Below are positions 10,912-24,739 of a DNA stretch of 64,000 nucleotides, in pieces. The notes beneath the pieces are model-generated. The model was not told the origin of the DNA, ran no database searches, and was given only the letters and a program-made list of their open reading frames with translations. A program made the position numbers and the translations under genes. Source of the stretch: Stegostoma tigrinum (taxonomy: Eukaryota); NCBI RefSeq assembly GCF_030684315.1, contig NC_081396.1, positions 1,674,001-1,738,000 on the forward strand. The letters run 5' to 3'. Numbering within the stretch: the first letter of the stretch is position 1; each line of letters begins with the position of its first letter.

Positions 10912-13861
10912 CGTCTTTCTGAAGCTAAGTCAATTCTCCAAGCTGTGCAACTTATGGCTGTGTTACATTCTAAACGTGCATCATTTATTCTATTGAAGAA
11001 TCTCCAGAGGATAAAATGCATGAATGGGTACATCTTAGCTCGCTGGTGCATGTTAAGTCACAGTCATATGTCTTCTATTTTTAACAATGTGAATCATTGT
11101 TTATCCTTTAGGCAAAGTGCTGACTGTAAATTCTGCTGCCCTCCCCACCCACCAACACACACCAAAATCATGCATCTTTTCTTCTATTAATCAGAGGCCC
11201 TTATTATTATGAATGAGCTCGCATTGTATCAATGTCCTAAAACACTCTATTCCAAACTATGTTATGATTCTGTTTATTTCATGCTTTCGAGTTTCAGTTC
11301 CTTTGTGTGCTTGGTTTCAATGGACATGTTGCAAAATGTCATGTTTCAATTTTCAATCTTCTATTCAGTATTGCAACTCAATGCTTTTTTTTCTTAAGTT
11401 GTCTATTATCAAGTGAGGGCACCTAAGATGTGAGATGCACTGTCGGCAAAATCTGCAACACTAGTGAACTACAGGACAGTTAATATATCCTGAAAAACAA
11501 TGTATGTAGTAACTGCCTCCAGATGCACGTTTTTGTTTCTGAAGGAACAATTTCCTCCGATACTATTATAATAAATCAGAGAAGTAGCCAGGGGAAGTAA
11601 TTGATGACTCATGGTTTAGAAAGCTTAGGTCTAACCATTAGTAATGGTGGCTTGCTCAGGGCAATTAGGAAATTTACGGGCTGTATTGCAATCGTGTCCG
11701 AGACAGCTGAGAATGATGCAAGTCATGTAATTTGATGGAAACGTGCAGTAACTAATGAGTTAAATCCTACTAAAGCATAATCCCAAACATAACCAAGTTC
11801 AATCATTGTTGTATAATTGAGTCGAGTCGGATCTGATGCGACAGAAGTAGAAAAATGTTCAAGCAAAGTAATTGTTGAGGTATGGTTTTACAATATGTTG
11901 TCAAGTTCCACTAACACACTAATGGAAAATGAAGTTACTGTCCAATGAAAAATGCTGTAACGTTGTGTAAAGACAGAAAATGTCTTGTTTAAAAACAAAT
12001 CATTGAGCAGAACTTAGAGGTTTCTTTTTCTTCTCTCTCTAGTGCAACACATAAAATGCCAGAGACAACTGAAATGTAAACAGTGACATGGTTCAGTAAA
12101 ATGTTCACTGGCGGAGAGTCTGGTGTTCTGGATAAAGAAACACATGGGCTCCAATGTGACAACTGAGAATAAGTTCAGTTTAATAGAAATAGATAATACA
12201 CAGTGCAGCATTAATTGAGAGAAGTCGATTATACTGAAAAAAAATCAATCGAGATTGAGGGGTTAAAGTACAATAATTACTGGGAAAGAATTCTAACAAA
12301 ATGCCAGAGAAGACTTAGCTGACACAGCATGCCTGGTGAATTATTGCCAGAAACAAAAGTTGTTGGAAAAGTTCAGCATTTCTGGAAGGATCTGTGAAGA
12401 AAGAAAAGACAGTTAACATTTCGGGTCTGGTGACCATTCCTGAGAATACCAGTTCGTACTCACCTGTGGAGAATCGGGTTTCTTACAATGAATCTGCCGT
12501 GTGTCATAGGATCTCATATGTTTTAACCAATTTACTTCTCACTCTTATTGTTTCCAATAAATACATTACAAGTATTTTTCAGTTTCATTTTTTTCCCGCT
12601 AGGGTTACTAATTATTGTCTGTACATTCGCCATGAAGCCCAGTAATTCATGCACTAGTACACCCCTATATGACTGTATATGGGAACTCGGATCATGCATT
12701 GTTCCTCTGCATGACCTGAATGCAAAATATTCACTTCACAGAAGGTAGCATCCTCGTAATCATTACAGCAATGGCTTACAACGGTTTAATTTCTGGGTGG
12801 GGGGCACCTCAGCCTCTGGCGAGGAAAAGATTTCCGAAGACTCACTGCCCTCCACAAGAAGGGTAGAGTTTATATGTCTACACAATTTATGCTAAAGCCT
12901 GCATGTGGGTACATCACATCAGGATAATATTTATAAATGATTCAGTAGACAATTCTTTGGTTATAAACCACTGTCCTGTGATCGGTTTCAGAAAACTGCG
13001 CAGTGAGACCTAAAGATAAGATAGAAAGACATCTTCAAGTTCTATGACTCTGAAGACCCTTCTTCGAACAGAATCATGTCATTTCAATTCAACTGCTCTC
13101 AATCTATGAATTATTTCTGCACTAAGGCAGCTTTCTAAGTTTCAGCCTTCCACTGCTGAGATGTAGGATTGTCTGTATGGTACACTCACTTTTCAGGAAG
13201 CCATGTGAGCCAGGAGGTATTGGTGACTTATTTCATTTCACAGTGACCTAAATGACTGGAGGATTCATACTGGTCTTAATCTTTTTTTAAATGGTAGAAC
13301 AGGCTTGAGGTGCTAACCCCATCTTCTCACACATATGTTTACGGGATGTTAATGAACAGTGAGAATGAACGCATAAACTATGTTCTAGGTACTGACAGTA
13401 CGCCTGGAGTATATCAAACACGAACAAAAATATTGAAGTCTGGACAGATTCTGATGCACTCTTCACCCAATTAGTGTTTGAAGTGAAATCTTTTCAATAG
13501 ATTGGGAAGTGCTAATGACTCCCTTGCAGGGGCTTATGAGATGTGGAATCTTCCCATTGGTCTGGAGTAGCCTTTCATCCTTCAAGAATACCATCAAGGA
13601 AACCACATGAATGAAACTATAATTTATCCCGTTGGATGCCTGTGGGAAAGCAGCTTCTTTTGACAGAATAGGTTCCAGTTCCGACTCTTTTTACACCAGG
13701 CTAATGTGGGCAGAGATTTCACATTCGGCTCAAGGGCACTGTCTTCCACAAATCAGCTTGGAATTTCTGCAACGTTTCAATATATCGCTGAAATTTCATC
13801 TGTTGGACCAGCTTCCAACTCCCTGTCCATATAAACATCTGTCACATCACGCAGCATCACA

Positions 13862-14325
13862 ATGGTTATCCTAATTCTCCTCACTCTGTGTGTCTGTTTA
13901 CCTCGTGAGTACCCATCAAGTAACCTAATATTGTGTTCATTTAATATAATGCTCCCTGAGTCCATGAAATAGCAGGCTCTGCCTCTGGTTTAGCCTTACC
14001 AGGTCGTTAGTATTTACAGACCATTCATGTCTTCCTGCTTGATTTGCAAAATCATTCTATCAGTTAATAGTATAGACCCCGGCAGCAGAGAACAGGGAAG
14101 AGTGTCAGTTTCTCACCATCAGCTGCATTTTCTAGGGTAACTTCTTTGCTCATCATCGAGAGGGAGATTTTCTTCAGACAAACACATCAAGAAGGGAATC
14201 GGAGAGAATTTCTGCAGGAGGGAGATTTGTTCTGAGGAAAAATGAAGCATAAAATATATTTTCATTGGAAATTCAGGACGTTAAAGTTGAAGATGCTGCC
14301 ACCTATTATCACCAAAGCTGGTTAA
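13862..14325 (+). pseudogene. NAR-TCR-type V pseudogene (orphan)
   Basis: Leader 13862-13904 MVILILLTLCVCLP+C|gtgagt. V relic ~14050-14325: LTISCIF..FRQT..ERISAGGRFVLRKNEA*NIFSLEIQDVKVEDAATYY-KA, an IgNAR/NAR-TCR-like FR3 with no conventional CDR2. Stops and frameshifts; no RSS found. Confidence 0.8.
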
Positions 14326-16559
14326 AGTTAAAAAGACAATGGGAAATTTACAGTGAATGAGAATGAAATAATTGCCTTGTGAAGTGAAAATATATCTTCT
14401 GCAGACCTATATTGTCGAAAGTTTTCAGTGATGTCCGGGCTCCAAATTAATTTAGTTGTATTTCCTCATACTGTTATGATTATATTATGTTTTGTTTCAA
14501 TTTCTTCAAATAAACTAACTTCAGCACATGTTGCGACATCTGCCTCAGATTTCAGAATGTAATGAACAAAATTTTGAGTTTGTGTGGTCTGTACATCTTG
14601 AAATCAGAATTATTGGTCTAAACGTCCCGACTAGCAAAGCAGGGCTGATGATCTGATGACATTTGCCCAACTGATTGTAAGACAGTTGTTTTTATATTAG
14701 GGCGACTGTGAATTGTGCCATTGTTTTGGAGGGCTGATACTTTGGATGGATGCAGGATGGTGGTGATGATCTAATTGGTAAGTAACTCCAAATCCCATTA
14801 ACAACTGACCAGGCAACTGTTGACTTTTTTAAAAAAAATATAGTCTGCATCTCTTCAGCTCCATTTAATCTAATCTAAAATGTTTTCTAAATACGATGTT
14901 AAATGCAATTTTCAATTTGAGAGCAGAATATGAAACTGGATTTTGGTCCGCATGAAATCTGATAGAAGAGAAGGGAAAACCCTTGAAAGTAGATTCAGTT
15001 GATCCCATTTGGATGGCCATTGATTAAAAGGCTAAAATGCAAATACACCGGCATTAGACTTTCTCATTTTTGTTCAATCTGTATTTTTTAATTAAACTCA
15101 GACTATCGAAATTTTAAATCCCACCTGGGTGTTAACTGCAGCATTCCTGTGAACACAGGAGTGTATTGAAGAAGTTGTCATTTGAAATAAAAGGTTTCTG
15201 ATTCTGAAATGTGAATGAAACACCAGAGAGGAACATGCAGTGATTGGTATGAGACCTGTAGCAGTAGAAATTCTGTAGAATGACACAGCAGGCTTCGTGG
15301 GCGACACATCCTTATTAAGTCCCGGTGGAGTTGCTTCATTGACTGAATGTACCTTTATTGTTTTTGGTGTTTCTTTCAGTTGTCTTAATGAAATTAATAA
15401 TTTTCCTTATTTTCCATTCTTTGATCGAGATGTAGAACTGCAGATATTCAGCAATGGCGAATTTTGCTTTTAGAGAAATATGTTAATGACAGTCTAGAAC
15501 ATGTAAAAGAGATTCAATGGATTGGAGTTTTTTTTTAAAATGTGAAAGTAAATGTTAAACTCCGATCGTCGTGAATTGTGCAAAGGTATTGAAATGAAGA
15601 CCTCTTCCGTTCTGAATTCACACGAATCTGCATCTTGAGATTATAAGTATTTACAATGCTGTGTGAAGAAATTGGGAAGGCAGGACATCAGTTGGAATAT
15701 TTGAACAGCCTGGGCCTATTTTCTCTCAAAATTCGAGCAGTACGAAGATGTTTCATAGAAATATTCTGCATCACGCTAAAATCTCAGTGGGATGCATATG
15801 GTTCCACGTGTGTGTCTGGAACAAAACCCAACTAAAATATGCAAAACTAGAAAACAAATGGAAATAGTCAAAGAGGTACATCTACAAAGAAATACACCAA
15901 AATGTGACGATGGCTGCCAGGTGGACTGGTTGGGAAAATTGTTTTAATGATGATGAGTTAGTTTCAAAATAGAAAGGAGAGAGAGGTATAACACGATTCA
16001 GATCTCAGGTATAAATATGCTAGTTAGTGTTCACGAGGGAGGAGGATATGTAAACTGCAAGAATGGACACAAGCAGTGGGGAAAAATATTCTGTTTCTGA
16101 TCTGCAGATTCTATAGGATGCAAACTTCAGAGAGCCTTTTGCCAGAAAATACGAGGAACAGTCAGTGCACATGGTGAGTTATTGAAATTTTCAGACATTC
16201 TGAAAATCAGCTTTCCAGTGACAGTAAGATCAACGTGAAAATTTCACTGACAGCTCACATTCACCAACGGAGCCACATTGGGTCCAATTTACATAAAATG
16301 TAAAAGTCAGAAGAACATGACAGATTTTATCGTTAAAATGAAATAATTTAGAGTTTGTCCTATAAAATGAAAGTTACTCAGTTGAAAGAAATGGACAAAT
16401 ATGTGGAAGTACTCTCTGAAGTTACCGTGTTTTTGAAATATAGCGCCATGTTGACATCAGTGCATAAAGTAACGTGAGAGGAAGAAGAGCCTGCAAAATA
16501 AAACATAAAGCGTCCTGGGTTTCACTTTAAAAAGGCGGGGGTTGGGGGAGTGCAAGATG

Positions 16560-17270
16560 TACGAAAACAAATAAGTTATGCCGAATATATAGGTTGGCGA
16601 GTTTCGAAACAACTGAAATCTGCAAGAAGTTCTGGATACTGTACCGTTTTATAAATGTGAAGGCATGTCAGAGAATGAAGAAAGAAGTATAAGAATGATT
16701 GCAGAGAACAAGGAGTTCAATGATGGAGTGAAAATGGGAACTCTCCAGCAGATGCTGGAGAGTCCAAGATAACAAAGTGTGGAGCTGGATGAACACTGCA
16801 GGCCAAGCAGCATCTCAGGAGCACAAAAGCTGACGTTTCGGGTCTAGACCCTCAATGATGGAGTCAGGTTAATGAGAATGGGACTATTTTACTCACAGAA
16901 GAGAACGTTGAGAAAAGACAGAATAGAGAGATTCAAAGTAATGAGGATTCTGGAAAGAAAAGGCAGATAGTACGCCTTTCCATTCGAAAAAAAAGAGTCA
17001 ACTGAAGTAGACAGATCAGAGTAATAAAGAAATGAGTCGAAGGCTATCTGGAGAGATAAATGTTGACAACGAGTGGATATGATCTGGAATATGCTTCCTG
17101 AGATTGCAGTTGAGGCAGATTACATTGAAACATACTAGAGGGAATTGGGTTATTATACAAGGATGAAGAATATGCAGGATTGCAGGGAGAATGTGCGGAA
17201 TAACAATCGTTGAATTCCTTCTTTCGAGGGGCAGCATACACACGTCAGGCCGAATGGCTTCCCTCTATGC
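16560..17270 (+). mobile_element. Degenerate CR1 3' fragment
   Basis: CR1-like 3' end ('gagggaattgggttatt..caggccgaatggcttccctctatgct'), interrupted by the 16730-16851 insertion. Confidence 0.55.
16730..16851 (-). mobile_element. Half copy of the Penelope-derived element, 13-bp TSD
   Basis: One arm of the 4860/7098 family. TSD TCAATGATGGAGT at 16717-16729 and 16852-16864. Confidence 0.8.
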
Positions 17271-17439
17271 TTAAATGTTTATTGATTTTATTCTCTTAAA
17301 ATTAATCAGGCAGATACTTGTAGTAGGGCTGGATGGTCGAAGTTCATAAATTGTACGATATTCTGTTGAATCTTACCCCAGGCAGTGATGTAACACAATG
17401 TGGGCTTTACTCAGACACACAATTCTGGAAAGTGATCAT

Positions 17440-17755
17440 ACAATTGCTACTGTGTGGCAGGATGCCATTAAGCGCATCGATTCTACACCAACCATCCAAA
17501 GAGTATCCCATTCCTATCCTATCCATGTAAACCCCCATTGCTGATATGCAATCGACTTAACTTGGACATCCTGGGACACCATAGGTGATTTCCCATGGCT
17601 AGTCCACCGAATTGCACATCTCTGAACTATGAGAGGAAGCCCACGCAGCATCAAAAGAATGTGTAAACTCCAAACAGACAGTCAACTGAGGCTGGAATGG
17701 AACCCAGGTCTCTGACAGGTTGAAGCAGCAGTGTTACCCATTGAGCTAATAAGCC
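17440..17755 (-). mobile_element. tRNA-derived SINE (HE1-like), degenerate
   Basis: 'tgtgtaaactccaaacagacagtcaactgaggctggaatggaacccaggtctctg..gcagcagtgttaccca' matches the pattern of the 47060-47401 copy. Confidence 0.6.
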
Positions 17756-20700
17756 TCTGAAGTTGACTTATACGTAGCAGAACGAGTAATTTAAATATTT
17801 ATCCGGATGAGCATTTCACCAAAAATATAGAAGCTGATATTTAATGAAAAAAGCATGGCAAGTGGCAGTAATTTGGCATTAGAATATACCCAACATAGGC
17901 ACAGATTCCTCAAAATTCCGTCAACTTTATTCAAATTTATCTTACTCTTGCTTGTTCTTCGGAAATAATTCTGTTTTTTTTTACAATTTAAGAAGTGTTC
18001 AGATTAATATTGAAATACCATAGTGTAAAAGGTTTTTGGCTAACGTGGTGCAAATAGGGTTAGAAAAAGTAGATGTTTGATGACTTGCGTGGAAGGGAAG
18101 GATTTTTTTAAAATTGATGTAAGAAGTTCTTTTACTCCATAGCAGAAGAGAAATAATTTTAGGTCAAATCTAATGATGGGTCCTTGGACATGAAATTACA
18201 TTACTTAGCCAAGTCGCCCACGATCAACAGCATGAGTGTTCCAATTGACCAGAAATTGAAATGAAAAATCACCATGGAAATACTAAGATTTCAAGACCAG
18301 GTTAGAAGCTACAAACTCTAGAGGGAGTATCCTACCTCTTGACTCCCCAAACACGTTGAGTTGTCTCCAATTCATAAATGTATGAGTATTCTTCACTTTG
18401 GTGGAAAGCTCACAGAGCACACTTCAAATTTAGACATCATCCAGAACAAAGCATATCGTTTAATTGATGTCACATTCAAAATCATTCTCGATGTCTTCCC
18501 ACGATGCACAGAAGCATTAGTATCTGAAGAATAGACACGGTGGATTCTAAATGTTAAAACATTTCCTCTCTACAGATCCTGCAAGGCCTGCTGAGTTTTT
18601 CCAGCAGTGCTTGTTTCCTTTCAGATGTCCACCGTCTACAAAGTGCACTTCAGAAACTCAACAGGTCTCATCCAACATCGCTTTCCAAGCCAAATATCAT
18701 TTCCAACCACCAGGAGAAGGCAGTAGATACATGGGAACTGTCAGTACTCCTCCAAAACACTTACCATCCTGAATCTGAAATATTTCGACCTTCCTTCATT
18801 TTTGCTGAGTGGAATTCTTGAAACTCTCTCCGTAAGAACTTTGGCAGAGCAACAACATTAAATTTATTGCTATGTTTCATCATCGTCTTCTCACTGACGG
18901 AATGATGATGGACAATAAATGTTAGTTTAGACAGTGACACGAATGCCCTGTGGACCAAGCCTCTCTCCCAGATATTACTGCCCAATATAACTATGTTTTA
19001 ATTTTACAGTGGCTGTGATTCTTCTCACTGCACTTGACGATATTATACCACAATCATGTCTCAGTAGGCACTCCCATGTGGGGAACTGATTGAGTTGTGT
19101 TCTTTTTTTATGCTACAGCAGGACATCTCTCCATTGTAGCTACACTAGGAACGTTGGCTTCATTCTCCAAACGTTCCCGTGCAATTTCTGCACACGTGTT
19201 TTGTTTGGAGAGACAAAGTGTTCAACATTTTTCTCCTCCTGTGGGAATGGCTGCATTGGGCTTATTGTATTCCAACTACCACGTTGACATACTCTGATAC
19301 ACAATTATCTAAAGGGAAATATCACTTATAAGGTAATGTACCAATAACGAGATAAATGAATTAAACTAATTCCTTGATGTATGGAATAATTCAGTACCTG
19401 ATTGAAATGATGAGAACAGACATTATTAGATTAGTAATTGGACCTCCAGTCAGCATTTGCTATCAGATGCTCCAATTGATAGATTACATAATGAATAAAT
19501 TTGGAAGAAAAACCTCAAAAATCGCTGCCAGAAGCCCATTTATAAAAATAATGAGGATACTCATTTGTCAGTGTTGCAAATGAAAGGTGCAAAACTGTGT
19601 ATTAATCTATTCATTGAGCTGTAACTGAGCTGCATGATGCAATTTAGCTTCTCCTCTGAACATCCTACTTAGAATGAATGAGGGCCACTTTGAATGTTTT
19701 GGCTCATTTAACAGCGTTTCAAGAAATTTTCAAGAAATCAATTCGTGTCTAAGGGACCATGCACGGCCAGTGACAGTATGCTTTGATGCCTTTAGCTACC
19801 CCATTGTCGCTACCTGCTGCCCCACGTAAGAAATATATCACACCTGAAGTTTGTATTTATTTGAAAATCTCCAGAAATCTTACCCATTCCCTCTGCAAAA
19901 CGAAATGCGACTTTTTAAAAATAAAAATTCAACCATCTCTAAATGGGAATGGACACAGACGAGGATATATAGTTGGTACTATTATAAACTTTCTATATCT
20001 TATCCTATGCTGTTATACAGCATTAGGTGAATCATAGTGTATTTCTTGCACTTACATTGATGAGGAACGCAAGATTATTTTCGGTGCACTCCGTTGCTTA
20101 ATTCTACAACGTCAATTTACGAGATTAGGATAATATGAATTGTAATGCATAACAATGCCTGAGCTGTCACATTTTATATTGTTTATTATTAGATATATTT
20201 TCTAAAGTGGAGTAACATAGAAACATGCTGTAGCAATTTACTAAAGTACACTTTCCTACACTGATTTATCTGTGTTAACATGGGCTGAGAGGATCATTCA
20301 CAAACAAGGGAAGCAAGATAAAACTGCCAATTGCACTACTACCGTTCTTATGAACGGCAGCAACACAGTGATCGTGTTGGATGCCATGTTTTACCAAATA
20401 GTGTGTAGCAATTGTCGAAATCTGTAATGCGACTTTGCAGTTATAGTGTCTTGAGTTGCCAATAGTCTTAAGAATTAATTATTTACAAGTTTGACTAAGG
20501 CGAATGATTAGATTTAGATTTGTCAGTAAATTGTCCCGTGATGTTACCTTCAGAGCATTGGGCATTTGTTTAGATTAATTGTATTATCCATTCATCCACA
20601 AGGATATGGCAGTTACTGTCCAGATCAGCATCTCCTTTTCGTTTCATTTGTGCACCTGAAAAGGAGGAATTGGTCTTATTTCTTGAGGATCTGCAATATG

Positions 20701-21465
20701 AATTATGGGGAAACTTTACTGGAGATTTTGCAAACAGCGTTGACACGGTATTTCACCAGAGACTATACGACGGGAATCGACGCAAAAAAATACAGAGATG
20801 TAGGAGCAAACAGGGAAGGTCACAATCAAAATTACTTGAAGACAAATAATGCCCTGAAGAAAGGCTTGAGCCTGAGCAATTGAGTGAGGCAATGAAAACT
20901 AAAGACATACCTCCCAATAGCCAGAGTGATTAATATCAGACAGAAACAAAGCAGCAGGGTTACAGTTACTTTGATTTTTGATGATAACAGGATGTGGGTT
21001 GCTGATCTATGTGATATTTAGCAAATTAAACAATAAGGTTATTAATGATGCAAAATTACCAACTCTGTACTGATTCAATACAGCAAGCATAGGCTTCCAA
21101 AAAGAATTCACCTTAGTAAAAGAGAGAGACATGTTTAAAATGGTTTAGTTATATAATACCTTGGATAGCTAGCCACTGGAATTGAGCCAGTGACTGGGAA
21201 GCAGCGTTGAGGAAACTGGCGCTGGCTGAAATGTACTTGATATTGGCAAATCTTTAATCCAGCATTAAATGTTGAACAATGACTAATGAATTTAGACAAT
21301 GACATTGCACATGATGGGATCAAGAAGGTTTTCGTTTCAGATTGGCTGAGGCAGATGTTGATGTGTGAAGTCAATTTTGTAACATCTGCTGGATAAAACT
21401 TCGCGTAAAGTAAAATATAATCGTTACAATGTCTGATTACCCATTCAATTTCCTGTTTCTTACAG

Positions 21466-22715
21466 CCAAATTGTTGGAAATTATGAAGCAATCCTGAGGA
21501 CGGTGTAGAGTCTCTAGGTGTGTAACCAACTACCTATTGACAATAGCTGTGTCCGATTTTTCTTTTTTCCAACAGCATTGGGTGTATCTTCAACCGAATC
21601 AGCTGCATCTTTTTTTTAATTATTGTGTACTATCCACCAGCTTCATATGCAGGCTGAGCACAATCATGATCTGTTGCAGGCCGGGGAGCTCCATTTGGCT
21701 GGCTGCAGCATTCACCATTGACCGTTTTGCGTGAATTTGATACCAAAACCAGAAGATCTGATCCTGCACCAAGAAAAAAAAATGCATCACTGGTCTTACA
21801 ATCTTCCTGAGTTGTGCCAGAAGCTTCCCTTTCTATCACAGCTAGAATCTAATTTATGTACTGAACGGTGCTCCCTGTTTGTATGTCATTAAATAACCCT
21901 TTGGCGAGGCAAGGCCTTCGTGGTATTACCATTAATCGTTAATAATATAGAGTCCTATATGTGTTGTGTGTACCAATTCAAATCCCGCCACTGCAAATGG
22001 TGAAATTTGAATCCGAATAAATATCTGCAATTAAGAATCTAATGACTCTCTTTTTTTCAGAAAAAAAACACGCCTCTGTTTCTCTAATTTTATTTCGGGA
22101 CGGAAACTGACATCCTCACCCAGTCTGGTCTAAATATGACTCCAGAGCACTGCAATGCGCTCGATTATGAACAATCCCCTGACTAGTTATGGATGGGTAA
22201 TAAATATTGCCTAGCCAGTGATGCCTTTATCCCATTAATGAAAAAAAAAAATCATTTCCACTATATTCTCCAGTCAGGCCTACGATTGGATGGAAAATAT
22301 ATTACACCACTTTCTCCCATTTGTCCTCATTGTTTCCTGAATTTCCTGGTTGAAAGACATTTATTGGAAGCCAGCAGAGGTAGCAAGAAAATTAAACCCC
22401 GTTCGTGTGTTAGAAACCCAGAGATGGAAAATCACAAGAGAACTATCATCCTGCTCTTCACATTCCAGTCAACTTCCTGCTGCTGTGGGTAACCAAAGTT
22501 GACATTTCTTCTACAGAGGGATTAAAGATGACACAGACTTCAACAACCTGGATTTCCAAAACGTACACTACATCCTGAAAGAGTAGACCAAAATATTTCA
22601 GCTACTCAGTTACTGCAATAACACACTCATCTATGCAGTAACATTGAACAGGTTCTGGAAGATGCTCAAGAAGGGTATAATGTGTTCTTTTGTCATATTC
22701 ACAGTAAAATACTGA
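21466..22715 (+). pseudogene. GPR139-like GPCR pseudogene (exon 2 equivalent)
   Basis: Same acceptor ttacag|CC. Translated pieces GRCRVSRCVTNYLLTIAVSDF, SSIWLAAAFTIDRFA, NPEMENHKRTIILLF, FQLLSYCNNTLIYAVTLNRF align with the intact gene. Stops, frameshifts and a SINE insertion. Confidence 0.85.
21905..22250 (+). mobile_element. tRNA-headed SINE with L2-like tail, inside the GPCR pseudogene
   Basis: B-box-like 'ttcaaatccc', tail 'gggtaataaatattgcctagccagtgatgcc', A-rich end. Related copies at ~48770-49010, 53970-54310 and 60315-60650. Confidence 0.65.
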
Positions 22716-24739
22716 AAAAATATCCTCAAACTGCTCTGTTCCCATTTCTGTTTCCAATCATGCAGCCGTTGCTCTTCAATCAGGAAATTATCTTTTTTTC
22801 TGACAACTTAGGTTGTAGTTCCCTTGAATTAACAATATCTAACCTTGTTCAATCTTGTTCAAGTCATCCATGTGTTCATCGTTTGGTAATAGAGAGTACA
22901 CGTGTCCTCCTTTTGAAACACAAAACATCCATTTGTGCAACTTAGATAAAGATACAAACTTGCCTGGTTTCATTAAAAAAATACATACTCTATCATATGA
23001 GCAAAGGCAAACACAAATTAAGTAGTAAAAATGCAAGAATTTTACTAAAGCGATGAGGTCTACCGAATTACAGGCAACATCTGTTAGATCAATTTCAGAG
23101 ACACGATCTAATATGTAAAATGGAAACTCATTACTTCATTCAAAACCGAGCTAGAGACTCACAGTACTTGAAAAGACACACACTAAACTACAGCAAATAA
23201 CTGAAACTGTATCACGCATGAATACAGCAAAAGCAAAACCTTGCCCAACACCAAATGAGAGCAGATGAGTAAGGACATTCATAATATTGTTTAGTTAAGC
23301 TGACAAAAACCCCTGAAAATTGTAAGAATCCAAAGGATTTTGAGATGACTTTAATTCGGTGCCAATATGTAGAGTGACATTCAGTCCTAAAATGTTTCAC
23401 ATATCTCGTCATCTTGTCCTGGCATGCTGACAACGCCATTTCATTGCAAACCTTATTCGTATTCTTCTTCATACTTGGCACTGTCTTGTATCACGAAAAA
23501 CAATGATCCACTGAGCACACCAAGTCAATATTGTAATATCCCTTACAATTTATATCAAAGTCTTTATCCTCTATGTACCATTATATGAAATAAACTGTCA
23601 TGGCATGATGAATCAGATTTTCCAAGGACTGTCAATCTCACACATCTTCCCACTCCGACCTCTTTCTTTTTCAATAAAAAAGCGATTTTCCAAGGTATTA
23701 CTATTAAGAAATTACACCCAGAGCTCTATCAGAACTGCAGAGCTGTATTTCAAAATCATTCGGGACCCCTTTTCAGGGCAGGCAGCTGCAAATTTCTGAA
23801 ATGTACAGGTCCTGACAACCACCTTGACAACTCATCCCACAGCACAAGCACATAACTAAAGTGTGAGAAGGCTGTTGAGATGGCTTCCCTCACTCTAACC
23901 TAAAATGACACAGCTTCAAGTCTGAGATGCTTCAGGAGGTCCTACTCTAGAGGTTTGGAATAACCTCTCTGAACAGGATGATTCAAGAAAGTGTCTATAA
24001 ATAGCGAAAAAAGTATTGGAAATTATGCATGAAGATGACATTCTGGAACCAATTGCAATCTGTAGATACAGCCAAAGAACAGCGTGGATTTAGATATCAC
24101 AATTATCTGACATAAAGAAGGCACAAGTCTCTACAGTTGCTTTACAAGGAAAAACATCAAGATCGGCGTCAACTCAGACAAAGCACTTTTCCTTGAGAAA
24201 CACCCCATTCTCGACCTCCAACATTTACTCCCTCAACATAGTGGTAGCCGTGTGCATTACTGACCTAATACATTACAGGAATTCAAGAAGCCCTGCCTCT
24301 ACATAATCTCCCGTACCTGGGCCTCAACTTACTCGACAGATAAGGCTTGTGGCAGAAACATGGGAAGATGACATCATTGCCAATTCCCCTTGACTATCAT
24401 TTCTTGGAGCAATATCATTAGTGCACGCTCGCTGAGACAATGTTAGTCAAGGTGCTTAAATTATGATATTACTCATGACGCGCTCATTATGTGACTGAAT
24501 AAAGGAAACAATTATTTGTGTTGTTTCGTTTAGTTATGAGATTTAATTAATGAGCAATTATATGCTTTGGATAAATGCATGTCCATTAGTCTCAAACATT
24601 TGTATACGGCGCAGATTTGTTCACCTTTCATTTAACTAGTTCATATCTTAAAATTACTTTCCAGTTTCAGGCACTTATTGTGTTTAATTGTATTTACCCC
24701 AGGCAGCTCTGATTTGCCTGAGCTTGTACTTCCCTACAT

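Noticed and set aside
13840-13849. TGTCACATCA shared upstream of two NAR V leaders (also 50704-50713)
   Set aside because: Distances to the ATG differ greatly (13 vs ~130 bp) and it is absent from the third copy; chance not excluded.
20386-20450. Exon 1 of the 21466 GPCR pseudogene
   Set aside because: Only vague resemblance and no valid donor.
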